Source: an uncultured Chlamydiae bacterium
GTDB lineage: Bacteria > Chlamydiota > Chlamydiia > Chlamydiales > JAJFMB01
DNA length: 64,000 nucleotides
Direction of reading: 5' to 3'
Assembly (NCBI GenBank): GCA_963696295.1
Contig: CAVOJR010000001.1
Coordinates: 2,240,001-2,304,000, forward strand
Positions 25,980-38,500 of the stretch are shown here, one piece after another. The notes under the pieces are model-generated. The model had not been told where the DNA came from. It worked only from the letters and a program-made list of their open reading frames with translations, and did not search any database. The first letter of the stretch is position 1, and every line of letters starts with the position of its first letter. The position numbers and the translations under genes were made by a program.

Positions 25980-26113
25980 GGCTGGATCGAGCTCAACATT
26001 TGAGGTTGGTTATTGACTTTATAGTGATTCATGGCTGGATCGAGCTCAACATTTGAGGTTGGTTATTGACTTTATAGTGATTCATGGCTGGATCGAGCTC
26101 AACATTTGAGGTT
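25976..26113. repeat. 53-bp tandem repeat, 2.6 copies, encoding two identical 18-aa mini-ORFs on the minus strand
   Basis: Unit TCATGGCTGGATCGAGCTCAACATTTGAGGTTGGTTATTGACTTTATAGTGAT starts at 25976, 26029 and 26082 (last copy 32 bp). Confidence 0.95.
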
Positions 26114-27380
26114 TGGCGAGTTGCAGGTTATTGAGTTTATGGTGGGAGAGCGCTTCAGCGAGATCGTAGTAGGCGAGGACGATAAATTGCGTGGGGGAGT
26201 GCTGGATGGTTTCATCGACAAAAAAGACCCGCTTGTTCTCAATGGCAGAGAGGGAGTCAAAGGCAAAAGTCTCTAAAATCTGCCGCGCTGTTCCCGCGCT
26301 ATTCGAGGTGGCGACGATCAGGCAGTCCGGGTTGTAATTGACAATCTGCTCCTGGTTCATCGGAATCGACCAGTCATTGGCGTGCGCTTCAATCAGATTA
26401 TGCGGCAGGCAATGGGAGGCGCCGAGCCTTTCCAGGAGCTGCCACGTCAATGTTTTCGAGGAAGGGCAGGAATATTGTGTGTGGTAATTGAGATAGAGCA
26501 GGCGCTGATGGGCGATAGAGGTCCCCTGGCAGTGTTCGATTGCCCGGAGGCGGTTGTCGACGGCAAACATGGCGGCTTCCATAAAAATCGCGAGCAGCTC
26601 GGCTTCAAAAGGGCGGTTGATCACGTTGCCGACCCGGATGAGCGCGTGCCTGATATCCGGCAGCGTCTCTATTGCATTCAGGGAAAAGAGCTGTACGCCC
26701 TGGTTCTGCAACGCCTGCAGCGATGCGGGGTGGGAGTAATGGGAGACAAAGGCGACCTGGGGCTTTACCTGAAAAAAATGCTCCCCGTTATAGCGGTCGA
26801 TGTCGTATTTGATTTGGGCTGTCAGTTGCGGGGAAAAAAGTTCGGTCTGTTCCCGGATCCCTTTGGGAAGGGCGACGATTTGGACGGGATCGGCGAGAGC
26901 CAGGAGGAAGCTCGCTGCCGCATGGGTTTGGGGCAGAAATAAGTGGAAGGAGTCTTTTAAAGATATCAGAGTGCCGTTATCGTCGATAATGCCTTTCATT
27001 CTGTAATCGCTTTCGAGATGGATCAATTCCTCTTTGGGAGTATTCTGAAAGAGGCGCCCGAGCAGCTGTGCCCGGAGCCGCGCTTCCGGCGGGAGCCTTT
27101 TGATGCCGATTAAGCCGTGGGTGTCGAGGATTTGCCCGTCGAGATCCCACTCAGATACCAGTTTGACCATTAACGAGAGGTCGCCATTTAGCGCCTGGAT
27201 GAGATCGGAGCGCTCCAAAGAGGAGAGCTGCGAGGGGAAAGCGCTCGGGTCGAGCTGTTTCTTCAGGTTAAAGTCGATATTTTTAGGCAGATCTTTTTGA
27301 GGGGAGGAGCGGAAGGCCGTCAGCCACCAGAGGGAGATGAACGCGAGAAGAGCGAGGTAAAGTGCAAAAGATTTTTTCAT
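26082..27380 (-). CDS. ABC substrate-binding protein (iron-chelate/B12 type) with N-terminal extension
   Basis: N-terminal TM anchor, IIDDNG, EQIVNYNPDCLIV, LSAIENKRVFFV; operon context. Confidence 0.85.
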   Translation of the reverse strand: MKKSFALYLALLAFISLWWLTAFRSSPQKDLPKNIDFNLKKQLDPSAFPSQLSSLERSDLIQALNGDLSLMVKLVSEWDLDGQILDTHGLIGIKRLPPEARLRAQLLGRLFQNTPKEELIHLESDYRMKGIIDDNGTLISLKDSFHLFLPQTHAAASFLLALADPVQIVALPKGIREQTELFSPQLTAQIKYDIDRYNGEHFFQVKPQVAFVSHYSHPASLQALQNQGVQLFSLNAIETLPDIRHALIRVGNVINRPFEAELLAIFMEAAMFAVDNRLRAIEHCQGTSIAHQRLLYLNYHTQYSCPSSKTLTWQLLERLGASHCLPHNLIEAHANDWSIPMNQEQIVNYNPDCLIVATSNSAGTARQILETFAFDSLSAIENKRVFFVDETIQHSPTQFIVLAYYDLAEALSHHKLNNLQLAKPQMLSSIQP

Positions 27381-27411
27381 AAAAAAAAGCCCCGCATTTT
27401 CATGCAGGGCT
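27381..27411 (-). terminator. Intrinsic terminator after groEL, abutting the SBP start codon
   Basis: Minus strand AGCCCTGCAT-GAAA-ATGCGGGGCT then a T-run then ATG. Confidence 0.75.
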
Positions 27412-27424
27412 AAAATTTAAATTT

Positions 27425-29023
27425 TTAAACGGCTTCTTCGTCTTCAGGAGCGTCGGCGATGAGCGCTTCTGAAATTAAGACGATGCCGGCGGTAGAGATA
27501 GCGTGGATCAGGCAGTTCTTCACGACTTTGACCGGATCCATCACACCTGCTTCCATCAAGTCCTCGACTTTCTCGGTCATGGCGTTAAACCCGAAATTGG
27601 CGGGTTTGCTTTTTACTTCGGCCAAAACCACTGAGCCGTCTTTTCCGGTGTTGGTGACGATTTGCTTGAGAGGCGTTTCGCAAGCGAAGTAGACGATGTC
27701 GGCGCCAAGGGCCTCGTCGCCGCTCAATTTCAGCTTTTTGATAGCCTGGCTTGCGCGGAGCAGCATCACGCCGCCGCCGGGGCCAACCCCTTCTTCGAGA
27801 GCGGAACGGGTTGAGTTCAAGCTGTCTTCAAACATCTGTTTCTTTTGCTTTAATTCCGGTTCGGTCGCGGCACCGACGCGGATCACGGCCACACCGCCGC
27901 TCAATTTCGCTTTGCGCTCTTCCAGCTTCTCTTTGTCGTAGCTGTTTTCGGCGAGCGAGATCTCTTTTTCGAGCTGCTTGATGCGCGCCTGGATTTTCTC
28001 CTCGGATCCTGAGCCTTGCACGATGGTGGTGTGCTCTTTGGTGATCTCGAGCTTTTCGCAAGTGCCTAAAGCGGAAGGAGGAATATCTTTAAGAGAGTTG
28101 CCTGTCTCTTCCGAAATGACGGTGCCGCCAGTGATGGTGGCAATATCTTCCAGCATCGCTTTTCTGCGGTCGCCAAAGCCCGGGGCTTTTACGGCGGCCA
28201 CTTTCAGCGTGCCGCGCAGTTTGTTCACCACCAGAGTAGAGAGCGCATCCCCTTCGATGTCTTCGGCGATGATGAGAAGCTCTTTGCCGGTGCTGGCGAT
28301 GGTTTGGAGAACCGGAAGGATCTCATGAATATTATTTATTTTACGGTCGATAATCAGGATTTGCGGACGGTGCATTTCGATGATCATTTTTTCCATGTTG
28401 GTGCAGAAATAGGCGCTGATATAGCCCCGGTCAAACTGCATCCCTTCAACCACATCGATCGTCGTGGTGGTTCCTTTGGCTTCTTCGATCGTGACCACGC
28501 CTGTCTTGTTCACTTTGTCCATCGCTTCGGCGATGAGGCGGCCGATCTCTTCGTTGCCGGAAGCGGAAGCGGTGGCGATGTTAAAGATTTCTTTTGAATT
28601 TTTGACAGGCAGCGCCATCTTTTCGAGCTCTTTGAGGACGGCTTCGAGCGCCTTGTCCATGCCCCGCTTCAGGCCGATCGGGCTTGCGCCGGTGGCGATA
28701 TAGCGGATTCCCTGCTCTACCAGAGCGCGCAGAATCAAAGTCACAGTCGTCGTGCCGTCGCCGCATTTTTGTTTGATTTTTTCCACGACTTCTTTAGCCA
28801 TGGAAACGCCCATGTTTTCGTAGGTATTTTTTAATTGAATTTCTTTGACGATGCTGTTGCCGTCATTGGTGATCGTGGGGGCGCCCCATCCTTTCTCCAA
28901 TCCGACATTCCGCCCTTTGGGCCCCAATGTAAAAGCTACCACATCGGCGAGCTTTTTGATTCCCGCGAGCAAGTATTCGCGGGCTTCTTCTTCGAAGATG
29001 ATTTCTTTAGGTGTAGAAGACAT
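27425..29023 (-). CDS. groEL: Chaperonin GroEL paralogue (groEL2/3 type; no groES, no GGM tail)
   Basis: TLGPKGRNV, ITNDG, CGDGTTT, GMQFDRGY, KAPGFGDRRK. Confidence 0.95.
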   Translation of the reverse strand: MSSTPKEIIFEEEAREYLLAGIKKLADVVAFTLGPKGRNVGLEKGWGAPTITNDGNSIVKEIQLKNTYENMGVSMAKEVVEKIKQKCGDGTTTVTLILRALVEQGIRYIATGASPIGLKRGMDKALEAVLKELEKMALPVKNSKEIFNIATASASGNEEIGRLIAEAMDKVNKTGVVTIEEAKGTTTTIDVVEGMQFDRGYISAYFCTNMEKMIIEMHRPQILIIDRKINNIHEILPVLQTIASTGKELLIIAEDIEGDALSTLVVNKLRGTLKVAAVKAPGFGDRRKAMLEDIATITGGTVISEETGNSLKDIPPSALGTCEKLEITKEHTTIVQGSGSEEKIQARIKQLEKEISLAENSYDKEKLEERKAKLSGGVAVIRVGAATEPELKQKKQMFEDSLNSTRSALEEGVGPGGGVMLLRASQAIKKLKLSGDEALGADIVYFACETPLKQIVTNTGKDGSVVLAEVKSKPANFGFNAMTEKVEDLMEAGVMDPVKVVKNCLIHAISTAGIVLISEALIADAPEDEEAV

Positions 29024-29080
29024 ACGTGTTTTCTCCTTGTAATTACGGTGTTATCCGCCTACTTGTTTCTTGTAACAGTT

Positions 29081-29108
29081 AGTCTAGACCAAAATGGGTT
29101 TTTTGCAA
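29081..29108 (-). promoter_or_regulatory. Putative sigma66/70 promoter of groEL
   Basis: TTGCAA-N16-TAGACT; no CIRCE seen. Confidence 0.45.
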
Positions 29109-29118
29109 AGCATGCCAA

Positions 29119-29352
29119 TTACCTGTCAAAAACCAGCTCTCTGTGAACGTGAGGTTTCGGGCAATAGGTTTTGGTAGGAATTAATTTTACTTTGGCCGGA
29201 CATTGGGGGGATTTGATGGTTTCCGGGCAGCTCATTTGCAGCATCATCAGCTGGTAATCGAGGGGATTTTTGGTAAAATTTTTACCGCCTTTTAAAACGA
29301 AGGCGTAGGGGTGTAGAATCATTCGCAAATCATTACTGAATTTAAAGGTCAT
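29119..29352 (-). CDS. Small hypothetical protein
   Basis: 77-aa ORF with RBS GGAGGG. Confidence 0.5.
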   Translation of the reverse strand: MTFKFSNDLRMILHPYAFVLKGGKNFTKNPLDYQLMMLQMSCPETIKSPQCPAKVKLIPTKTYCPKPHVHRELVFDR

Positions 29353-29489
29353 GGAGCCCTCCGAAACGGCGTGTGATGAATCAGAATATCGCGAAAGAGA
29401 TATTCTTGTAAAGCTCCATAAAAATATATAAATTACTTTAATTTTAGCGGTAATTAATATTTTGTTATTATGTTCCCATTTATAAACAC

Positions 29490-29514
29490 ATTCCGCTGAT
29501 CAAATCAGCGGAAT
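29490..29514 (-). terminator. Terminator of the giant gene
   Basis: Perfect ATTCCGCTGAT-CAA-ATCAGCGGAAT, 12 nt past the stop. Confidence 0.75.
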
Positions 29515-29526
29515 CTTTTTAAAACA

Positions 29527-32500
29527 TTATATGTAGGCTATCTCTTCCCGCTCTTCCACTTTTCTTGAGAGATCCATCACATTAGCCAGGAACTTTTTGT
29601 TTTTCTGCATCTCTTCCGACTCTCCCTGTGTCAAGGCTTTGAGCGTGCGCTGGTACGTTTTCATGTCTTCGACGACATAATGGTAGTTTGGCATAGAGGT
29701 CTTCAGCGCCACATCCATCTTTAATTCCCACAGATCCTCATTGCTGAAGTCAAACTGGTCGAAGAACTGTCCCTGGTGGTAGAACATCCCTTTCTCCTGG
29801 AGGACTTTTTCGATGGCGCCTTGCGCGTCTACGATCTCTTTGGCCATGCGCAATGCTTCGATTAGCGGGGCATACTTTTTTTGAATTTCCTCAATCTCAT
29901 CTCTGATTTTCTTTCTCTCTGCTTCCCGCGCGGCCATGTCCGCGATGGTTTTGTTGATCGAACCCACAGATTGGATCAGGTTAGGAATCACCTGGGCAAA
30001 CATGTTATGGCAATCATCGCGGTTGCATGTTTGAGCTTCCAATACAGTGCACCCTTCTGCGGGACTGAATTTCGTATTTCCTTTATGGACGTTATAAACA
30101 ATACGCCCATAGGTTTGTTCGAGGAAAGGGACTTGTGATAGATTCTGCTGATATCTGTTCCAGGTATCTTCATCGAAGAGCGTAGAGGTTTTGAAATTAA
30201 AGCCGCTAGCGCTGGCCTTTTTGACGATGTCAGTCGAGACCAGTTGATCAAACGACTCCTGCAGCGCTTTTAAACTCCTTGGCGACGGGTCGGTTCTTAA
30301 ATCGCCCTGAAGTTTCACGATCTTTTCCACATGCTCGATAGTTTTTTTTCCAATCTTTGCGAGGTCGCCCCGTCCGGTATACTCATCGTCGCGCTGTCTT
30401 AGGCCGCTTTTCATGGTGCTTGTGAGATCGAAGGCTTTGACTTGCGAGATGGCCAGCTTATCTTTTTGATTCAGCGCTTCCAGCTCGGCTTCTTTTCGTT
30501 TCAGCTCTGCCAGCTTGGGCAGATACTTTTGAAGGTCGGCTTCGATTTTTGTATGCACCGCTTCAAATTTTCTGACGCTCTTTTTAGCGAATTCATCCTG
30601 GATCTCCTTCATGAGGATCTCATTTTTGGTCGGAATGGTGATCTCTTGTGTGAAAGCTTCGGCTTTCACTGCCAGTTTGAATTGATCTGGGACGCTCTTT
30701 TCGTTGATGGCGATGGCAAATTCCATGTCTCTACCTACTCCAAACTCGCCCGGAATAAAGTAGTCGTTCAGGTCGTCCGGCCCTTTGACATGGAGATGGG
30801 GAACCAATTGGTCGCTTTCCACGTTAACGAGGCTGGTGGCGCGCAGCGTTATGGTGTCCTCCACGCGGTCTTTGGGGATTTTATTATCCCCGAGGACGGC
30901 GCAGCGAACTTGAGCTTGCGGCACCGTGTCCTCTTTTAGCGTTCTCGCGTCAAAGAGTTTATACCCCTTTAGTTCATTGACGTTATGGGCTTTTAATTCT
31001 TTGGCAAACAGCTCGGCCTCCTGCTGGGCGATGAAAATAACACCGGACGAGCCGATCAGCGCGAAGTGGGAGGCTAAAAGCGGGTTGTTGGCAATCGCCG
31101 GGCTCACTTTAAAGTGCTTTCTTTGATCGGGTCTGATCAGATTTTTCATCGGGTTGAATTTTTCGATCTCTGTCAATTGCGTGTTGTCATCGAGGAAATC
31201 GAGCGTGACCGTCAGATGGGGGTCGCTCGCCATTTTCAGCTGCAGGGCCTGGAATCTGTCGAGGACTTCGACGATCCCTTCTGCGAGCTTTTCGGCGAGG
31301 CTGGTCGCTTCGGCTTCCGCTTCCGCCTGAGCCTGGGCTTCGGCTACGGCTTCCCCATCGGCGTTGACATGCAGGGTTTGCACCGGAGTATGCTCGTCAA
31401 AACGCTCTTTGAAAAAGTTTTTAGACCTTTCGATATGTTCCTGGTAAAACTCCTTTTTGACGGAGATGGCGCTGCCGGCAGCGGCGGCAAATCTTCCGGC
31501 CGTGTCAAAAAGGTCATTCAACCGCCGGTTGGCCAATTCCGTCTGTTCCTTGATATAGAGATCCCTCGCTGTGTTTGTCGTGGGAATACCATATTTCAGA
31601 TAGAGCGTGTTGATGGAGTACTCGACGAAACTGACGATAGCGCTTTTCTCTGTGAGGAATTTTTCATAGGCGGCTTTTTGTTCATCCTTTAGGGGTTTTG
31701 GCAGTTTTGCGAGTATTGAGGCTTCCAGGTGGGCTCCCGCTTGCTTGATATGCGCTTTCATCTCTTTTCTGAAGATGCTAAGAGCGCCTTTTTCTTCCCT
31801 GTTTTTTTCCTGCAGGCGGAGGAAATTGGCAATCTCTCTGGTTTGCATTTCCCTGGCCTGCATGCTATGGATCGTGTTCAAACGCTTTTGAATTTTAGCC
31901 AACTGCTGCTTCAGGGCGGAGATGCCGTCCTCGGTCATTTTCTTATCGAATTTTGCCTGGCCGGGCAGTGCAGTCTGGTTTTGCAGGGCGTCTTGATAAA
32001 TGACCAGCTCTCTTTGCGATTCCTCTTGCGCTCTTTTAGCGTCGGCAGTCAGCGTCTCTTTCAGGATCGCTTCAAAGCTCGGCATCACGGCAAAAGAGAA
32101 GGTTTGGTTGGAGTCGCGGTTGACCAGATTGCGGAAGCGCAAAACGGCTTGCTTCGCGTCGCTGTTGGAGACGTTTTCATCAAGGGTAACGAGGGAGTGG
32201 GCGCCATTGGCCTGCTTGATGTCTGACCCCCTTGTATTTTTTTGCCCGTAGAAGGAGAAGTATTTCTTCTCGTCCAAAGCGGCGAGCTCCATGGCTGTCG
32301 TACAAGGAATGGCTTCTTGGCTGCCTCCGCGATAGAGGCGCTTGATGTTGTCTCTGCCATAGTAGACAATCCCTTCGATGCCGGCAAATTTAGGATCGGC
32401 TTTGAGCTGGTTCCAGAGCTCGGCCACAACCGCTTCCGGTGTGCCATCGCGGCTTTTGCACATACCGGCGGCGTCGACAATGGCTCTCGTGTTCTCGTTG

Positions 32501-35500
32501 GAATTGGCCAGCAGCGTTCTGATGATCGCTTTAAGGTAGTCTTCACCAGGGGTTGGGCTTGTCAGCCATTGGATGACAGCATTATTGCTTCTGCCCATAA
32601 TTTCGATGCTCAGCTTGCCGTCCGCGGCTGCGTCGGTTTCCTGTCTCGCGAAGTAGGAGGAAGTGCCTCCCACGGTGCCTGAGCATCCTTTTTCGATATT
32701 ATCGCAAGAACCTTTCTCATAGCGGTCGCTCTTGGCGCACGCTTCATCCGATTTGATCTGCGTGACCACGACAGCCATGGCAAAAAATTTGCGGAAATCT
32801 TCGCTGGGGTTGGCCATGAATTCCTTATAAAATTTCTCTTTAGCCACTCTGCGCTCTTCGGCGTCGAGCATGCCGGCGATCTGCTCCAGCCATTCGATGA
32901 CCGTGCTGCCATTGGAAGCTTTTATCCCTTGCAGGTAATGCTGGCTCATATGTTCCGGAATAGCCCCTCTTTGCACCTGCTTGACGAGGAAGTCGAGGTG
33001 GGGTTTGATGGAGAGAAGCGTTTCAGGGGAGCGGTAGTAGCGCATGGTCGTGATGGCGGCCACTTCGGTGTTATCAAAAATGGAGAGCCCTTTCGGCGTG
33101 TTTGTTCCCTCATAGGGCACGGCAATTAAAAGGGTCGATTCCGAATCGGGGTCGGCAAAATAGACTCTTTCCCCGTCCCGTTCGATAAAACGGGCGCCGA
33201 AGTGGGTGCTCGGCTGCTTGCTCTTGGCTAAAGCCAGGATGTTTTCATCGAGCAGCAAGGCGCGGATGAGCATGAGCATCGAGTCGTTTTCGGTATGGTG
33301 AGCTTTGGGATCGTTTAAGTGATCGGCGAGAGCCTGGCTTAAAAGATTTTTCGTGGGGTCGTTCATTTTTTCATTTCGCTGAGTCAGGTACTTGATCAGC
33401 TCGTAGTGGCAATTGACAATAGGGTCGCCATTGCGGTCGGTGCAAAGAGCCGTCACGAGATCGCGCGCGCGCTCCTCCAAATTCTTCCAGTCTTTGCCTT
33501 TGTTGTTTTCGACATAAGTGAGCAGCCGTTCGAGGGGGCGGATGGTGGAACGGGGGATAGGGTTCTTATCGCCTCTTGTGAAGTTGACCTCTCTTGACTT
33601 GATATCTTGCGTGTCATCGAGCTCATCGAACACCGTGTAGGTGGGGATGCTGCGGATTTCGCCCAGCAGCCGCTTGGCTTCGAGGCAAAGATCGAGGATA
33701 TTTCGGGGAATGCCCCCTTTGATGATCATCTCGCCAAAATCGAGCTCCTGCGCTTCCATGGCGCCCCGGATTTCGGGCCACTGGATCAGCACATTTCCCT
33801 GTTCCTTGGCTTTGCGGTAAAAAGTCAGGCGCGACTCAAGGTCTGCGATAGCGAGTTTGAAGGACTCTTCCGGATTATCCTGATCGATTTGGTAGCGGGC
33901 AAAATCCCGGTCTTTGAGGACATTTCCACCCACAATGGCCGAAAACCTTTGATTGAAGGAGCTCTTGTTGTCTTCGATGACGGCGCGCGGAACGACATAG
34001 CGGACAAGATGCTTATCTTCTTCCGGCCATTTTCTTTCCAGAGCCACCCGCACAATCGACATCAGAGGCAGCAGGGCCGTTTTACCAAATCCCATACGCG
34101 CCTGCGCCGCGTCAATCGCTTCCTCATGGTTCGTGTCCAGAATAAGAGAGTGGAACATTTTGATTTGCAAGACGTTGCATCGATACCCATAATCCTCTTC
34201 AAAGGCGAGGAAAGCGCGCTGCATGATCTGCTCTTTTCTTTTTTCCCCTTTCAGACCCTCTTGCAGCAGAAGATCGACCGGATAGTTTCGCCGGGTCAGG
34301 AGCAGCTCGATCTTATTGCGCTCCCCGAAAGCGGGAGCTTTTTGGACGTTCTCAATATGCTGCACTTCGGTCTTGTGGAACATGTAGCGGATCATGCCGT
34401 TGGTCAGGCGGACCAATTTTGCCGGATCATTCCCAAATTTGGTGTAGTCATCGGAGAGGAGCGCGTATTTCAAATCGACGTAGGAAGCATTGAAGTTCGG
34501 GAGTTCTGCCTTTAGAGCCGCTTCGGCTTCCAGCCACTTTTGCAGATGAATTTGTTTTTCGCTTTCAAGCTCTTTGTCGAGGGCTTTTTCTACCCCCTCT
34601 TTGAACGAAAATTTGAAGCCGGAGAGCATGGCTCTGAACAGAAACGATTGGAGTCTGTTGGTGATTTTTGTGAGCTGTTCTTCAGAAAGAGGGAGGTGGG
34701 TCAGGAGGGCCCTCACTTGATTAGCCGGGAATTCGGTGATGGCCTTATCCACTGAGGTCAAATAGTAGTAGTTGGTGGACTGGGCAGGGCGGGAGATGAC
34801 GCGCTCTTTTATCAGGAATGCAAAAATACTGTCCACATCGCTCTTTTTCAACCCATGCAGGGCGGTGCCTGCGGTATGGTTGACTCTAAATTCCTCGTAT
34901 AATCCATCCAGATTGAAATTCCCCAGTTCTTCCAGATGAAAGCCGATGACCTGGTCATGGCTATGTTTTTGGAAGGCGCGAATCAGACTTTCATGATGTG
35001 GAGAGAGTTCATCGGCCGGATTTTTGTGCACGGCGGTAATGGCGTCTTCTCTCGAAAGCCTTTCCAGCAGGGTTTGGGAGCCCCAAAGCTGGAACTGTCC
35101 CTCTACAGCCGGGTTGACATGCTTGACAAATGGCACCTCTTTTCGCTCCACTTCTTTAAGGGCCGGGTTTTCTTTATCAAATTGCGCTTTTTTCCAGAGG
35201 GCCACTAATTCTTTGGACAGGTTTGCGGGCAGTTGTTTTATGCTATTCCCGAGAGAGGCTCCAGCAGCAGCGTGTGCGCTTTTCAGCGAATCTACCCATT
35301 GCTTTTTATCGGACAGAGGAGTGTGGGACAATTCCTGCATTTTATAGGAGAGGTGCAGGTATTGCAAAAGCTGCAGATAGGTATTGAGTTGTTTTTGCTC
35401 GTCGGTGACCGGGGCTTTCAGGCCTGCGCCGATCGCCTGCTCCAAGAGTCTGACTTGCGCGTCCGTCAGAGGTTTATCGAGCGGATATTTGGCCAGTTCC

Positions 35501-38500
35501 TGAATCAGCCGCAAAGGGGCCGCCCCCTTTTCCATCCCTTTTAATGCGATGGCCAAAGCAGCTGTCAGATCGCTTGTAAGGACGGAAGTATCGCTCGATT
35601 CGCTGAACAAAACCGCCTCTAAAGATCTGTCGCAGGTCTTTTCATATTTCGCCCGGATAGCCTGATAGGCTTTCAGCCATAGATGCACAGTTTCCTGCAG
35701 CTTATTATCGGAGCTGACAGCGAGCTTGCGGGCGGCTTCAGACAGTTTTTCATTCAAAAAGACCAGCGCCTCGTGATAGACCTCGTAAGGATAGGGGCTT
35801 TTGGGCTTAAACTGGGCCCTGATGCCGGCCGGAATCAGATCGACAATGCCTTGCACTTCTTCTTCGATATACGCATCGTCTGGCAGGGTGGTGAGAAAGG
35901 TTCTTTCTTCGAGCACGGTCAGCGCATGGCTGAGCTTCGCGATGGTTTGCTCGCGGCTCTTGATGACGTGTTTATCCAGGTAGGAAAGACCGTCTGCCTG
36001 GTCGAGTTGCAGACGATAATTCTCTTCTTTTAATTTCCGTCTGATCTCTTTTGCTTTATGTTCATTGTTTTCGTTTCTGAAGATGAGGCAGGAAGATTTG
36101 GGCCTCGTGATATCGAGAATTTTTCGCCCCATCCCTTTCCGCTCCGTCACCCAATATATTTCGCCCGATTTATCCATTTCCCGGGTTAACTTCAAGCTGA
36201 GGGCCGGTATGAGATAAGCTTTTTTATCCAGGCTGATCAGGATTTCGTTCGGGTTAAAGCTGCTGAAAAGGCGGGATAAGACAGGGTGGTTGCTATAGTT
36301 TTGGATGTCATTTTCTGAAATAAAAGTATAGCTGCCGCCATCCCGGGTTTTGATATGGCAGGGATTTCCCTTGTGCAGGCTGAACGCTAGCTGCCCCTCT
36401 TTATCATAGCCAAAAACAGATCCCAGGCGGTCTTGCCAAAACGTCTTGACCCCCATGCGATGCAGCGCGGCAATCGGCAGAACGATATTTTCTTTTTGGA
36501 CAAATTGCAGATCGGACTGGCTTCCCGGTTGGAATGTGGTGGAAAGCCTTTTGTGGATAACAGGTTCGCCATTGACCTCTTTCACGATGATTTGCGGAAT
36601 ATGGCGACCGTTTTCTTTGGTGTAATAGACAAAGGTGTTTTCACGGGCATCCCAGGTGTAGGGGAGATTGGAGATTCCAAGAGAGATGACGGCAGGGTGA
36701 TTTTGCAAATGGGGGGGCAGGTTGACTTGCTGCCTGCCATCGTTGTAGACGATACCCGTAGCGCCATCGATTTTTATCCTCGTACCAAAGGCGATGATTC
36801 CTGGAACGACGGTATTTGTGAACGTTTTTTGCCCTTGGCAGTTGGAGAGCTCTTTCAGCAGAAGCTGGGCGGAGAACTCGGGCGAGCGCTCCTTTTCCAC
36901 GAGGTCTTTCAAGGCCTCTAAAAAGTCGGGGTTCTCAAGCTGCTGCCTGATGCGGGGCGCCGTGGTCATCATGGAAGATTCGGCGGCGTCGGCGGCCACT
37001 TTTAAAAAGCCGGCAATCTCTTTTTTGCCCTCAAAATAGTTCAGTTTGAGATTCTGGTAGGCGATTTTGCACTTCAGAAGAACATAAAACTGCTCAGCCG
37101 TCAACGGGTCCTTGCGGCTGTAATAGGTGATCAAGCGGGCATATCCCATCAGCATTTGATTGGCGTCTTTTGAGGCGATCAGCTGGTTGTTGAAGTGGAG
37201 ATCGATATCCAGCGTGGGCTCTAATTCCAGCAAAATATCTTTATAAAATTCGCAAAGAGGAGGCGCCAGCGTCTTGGGGTTTAACATATCGTTTTTGTGG
37301 AGGTCCATTTTTTCGGTCGCATGTTTTAGGATTGCTTCCGGGTGATGGGCAAAGGCGTGCAGGAGGGCCCTTGCGATGGCTTCTCTTCCCTGATCATGAT
37401 TCAAGGGGTATTTCGCATAGACATAAGGCAGCAAGCTTAAGGAAAGCTCTTCGCTGCTGACCGCTCTTTCCGCATCTAACAAGGCTCTTGTTTCCGGCGT
37501 CTCCGGAAGGTTGGATAGCTGGAACGATTTTTGCAGGGTGCTCTCTTCAACCCCTTCCAGACGGACAGAGGTGGAGAGTTGCAGCCTGTGGCCCACCTCT
37601 TCCAGCAAAGCGGAGGCGGCAGGGTTGGAAACCGCGCCGACGTCGATGGAAGCTAAAAGGGCATCTTTTTGCGGAAGAGCGCTTAAAGCAAGCAGCTGGA
37701 TGAAATGGGATCTCTGTTTCTCCGTGAGGGTGTACTTCGCTCCCCCGGCAAAGAGCATCTGCAGGAACGAGGCCAAAAAGACGCCTCGCTCCCTGTTGTT
37801 CATTTTATCAAAATCGTAGAGTTTTAAGCCGCTTTTGTCGGTTTTATGGGCGTTTAAGAATATTTCCTGGATGTCGCCCGGCACAGGCAGGTTGGCGGCA
37901 TAGCTCTCTTGAATGATCTGGCGGCATTCGGCGATGACCATAAACCGGGTAGAGGAGGCGTTTTTTAATAGGGGATTTTTCGTGAGCGTTCTTACCCATT
38001 CGACGCTCTGGTCGATGCCGGGTGCCTGATTGACGAGTTTTCTTCGCGCTTTTTCCAGAGCGGAAATAAAGTCTTCGAATCCGGCAGGATTGCCCTGCAG
38101 ATCGAGGTATTGGCAGTAGGCGACAGGGTCTGTGATAGGGCATTTGCTTAACTCGTTGCCGATTAATTCTGAGGAAAAACCTTGCAAGGGTTTGGCGAGC
38201 GCCTGATCTTTATGATCGCTCGCGATCTTTTGTCTGATCTTTTCGACAAATTTGCGCACATGGAAGTTGCTGTTCGCGATCAGTCTGCTTTCAATAGCCT
38301 CTTTTCTCAAGGCGCTATTGTCGGGGTTGCCGATCCGGTCGAAGGATAAAGGGGTAGTCAGTTTTTTTCCGGTGAGGGTTTCCAGCCAAACTTCAAACAG
38401 TTCGGACATTTTGATTTTCTTTACGCGCGCATTGCTGCAAGCCTTGATCACCTCTTCCTGTTCTCTTGGCATATGCTCAAGCCAGATCTCCTGCAGGCGG

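Noticed and set aside
25976..26113. Mini CRISPR array (32-bp repeats with 21-bp spacers)
   Set aside because: The spacers are identical and derive from the SBP 3' end, and there are no cas genes. It is a plain tandem repeat.
29103..29119. Sigma54 promoter or CIRCE upstream of groEL
   Set aside because: TGGCATGCTTTGC has GG-N8-GC rather than N10, and no TTAGCACTC-N9-GAGTGCTAA was seen.
33607..34515. 302-aa and other antisense ORFs within the giant gene, dnaX, groEL and the permease
   Set aside because: Shadow ORFs opposite well-supported genes, with no motifs or RBS.
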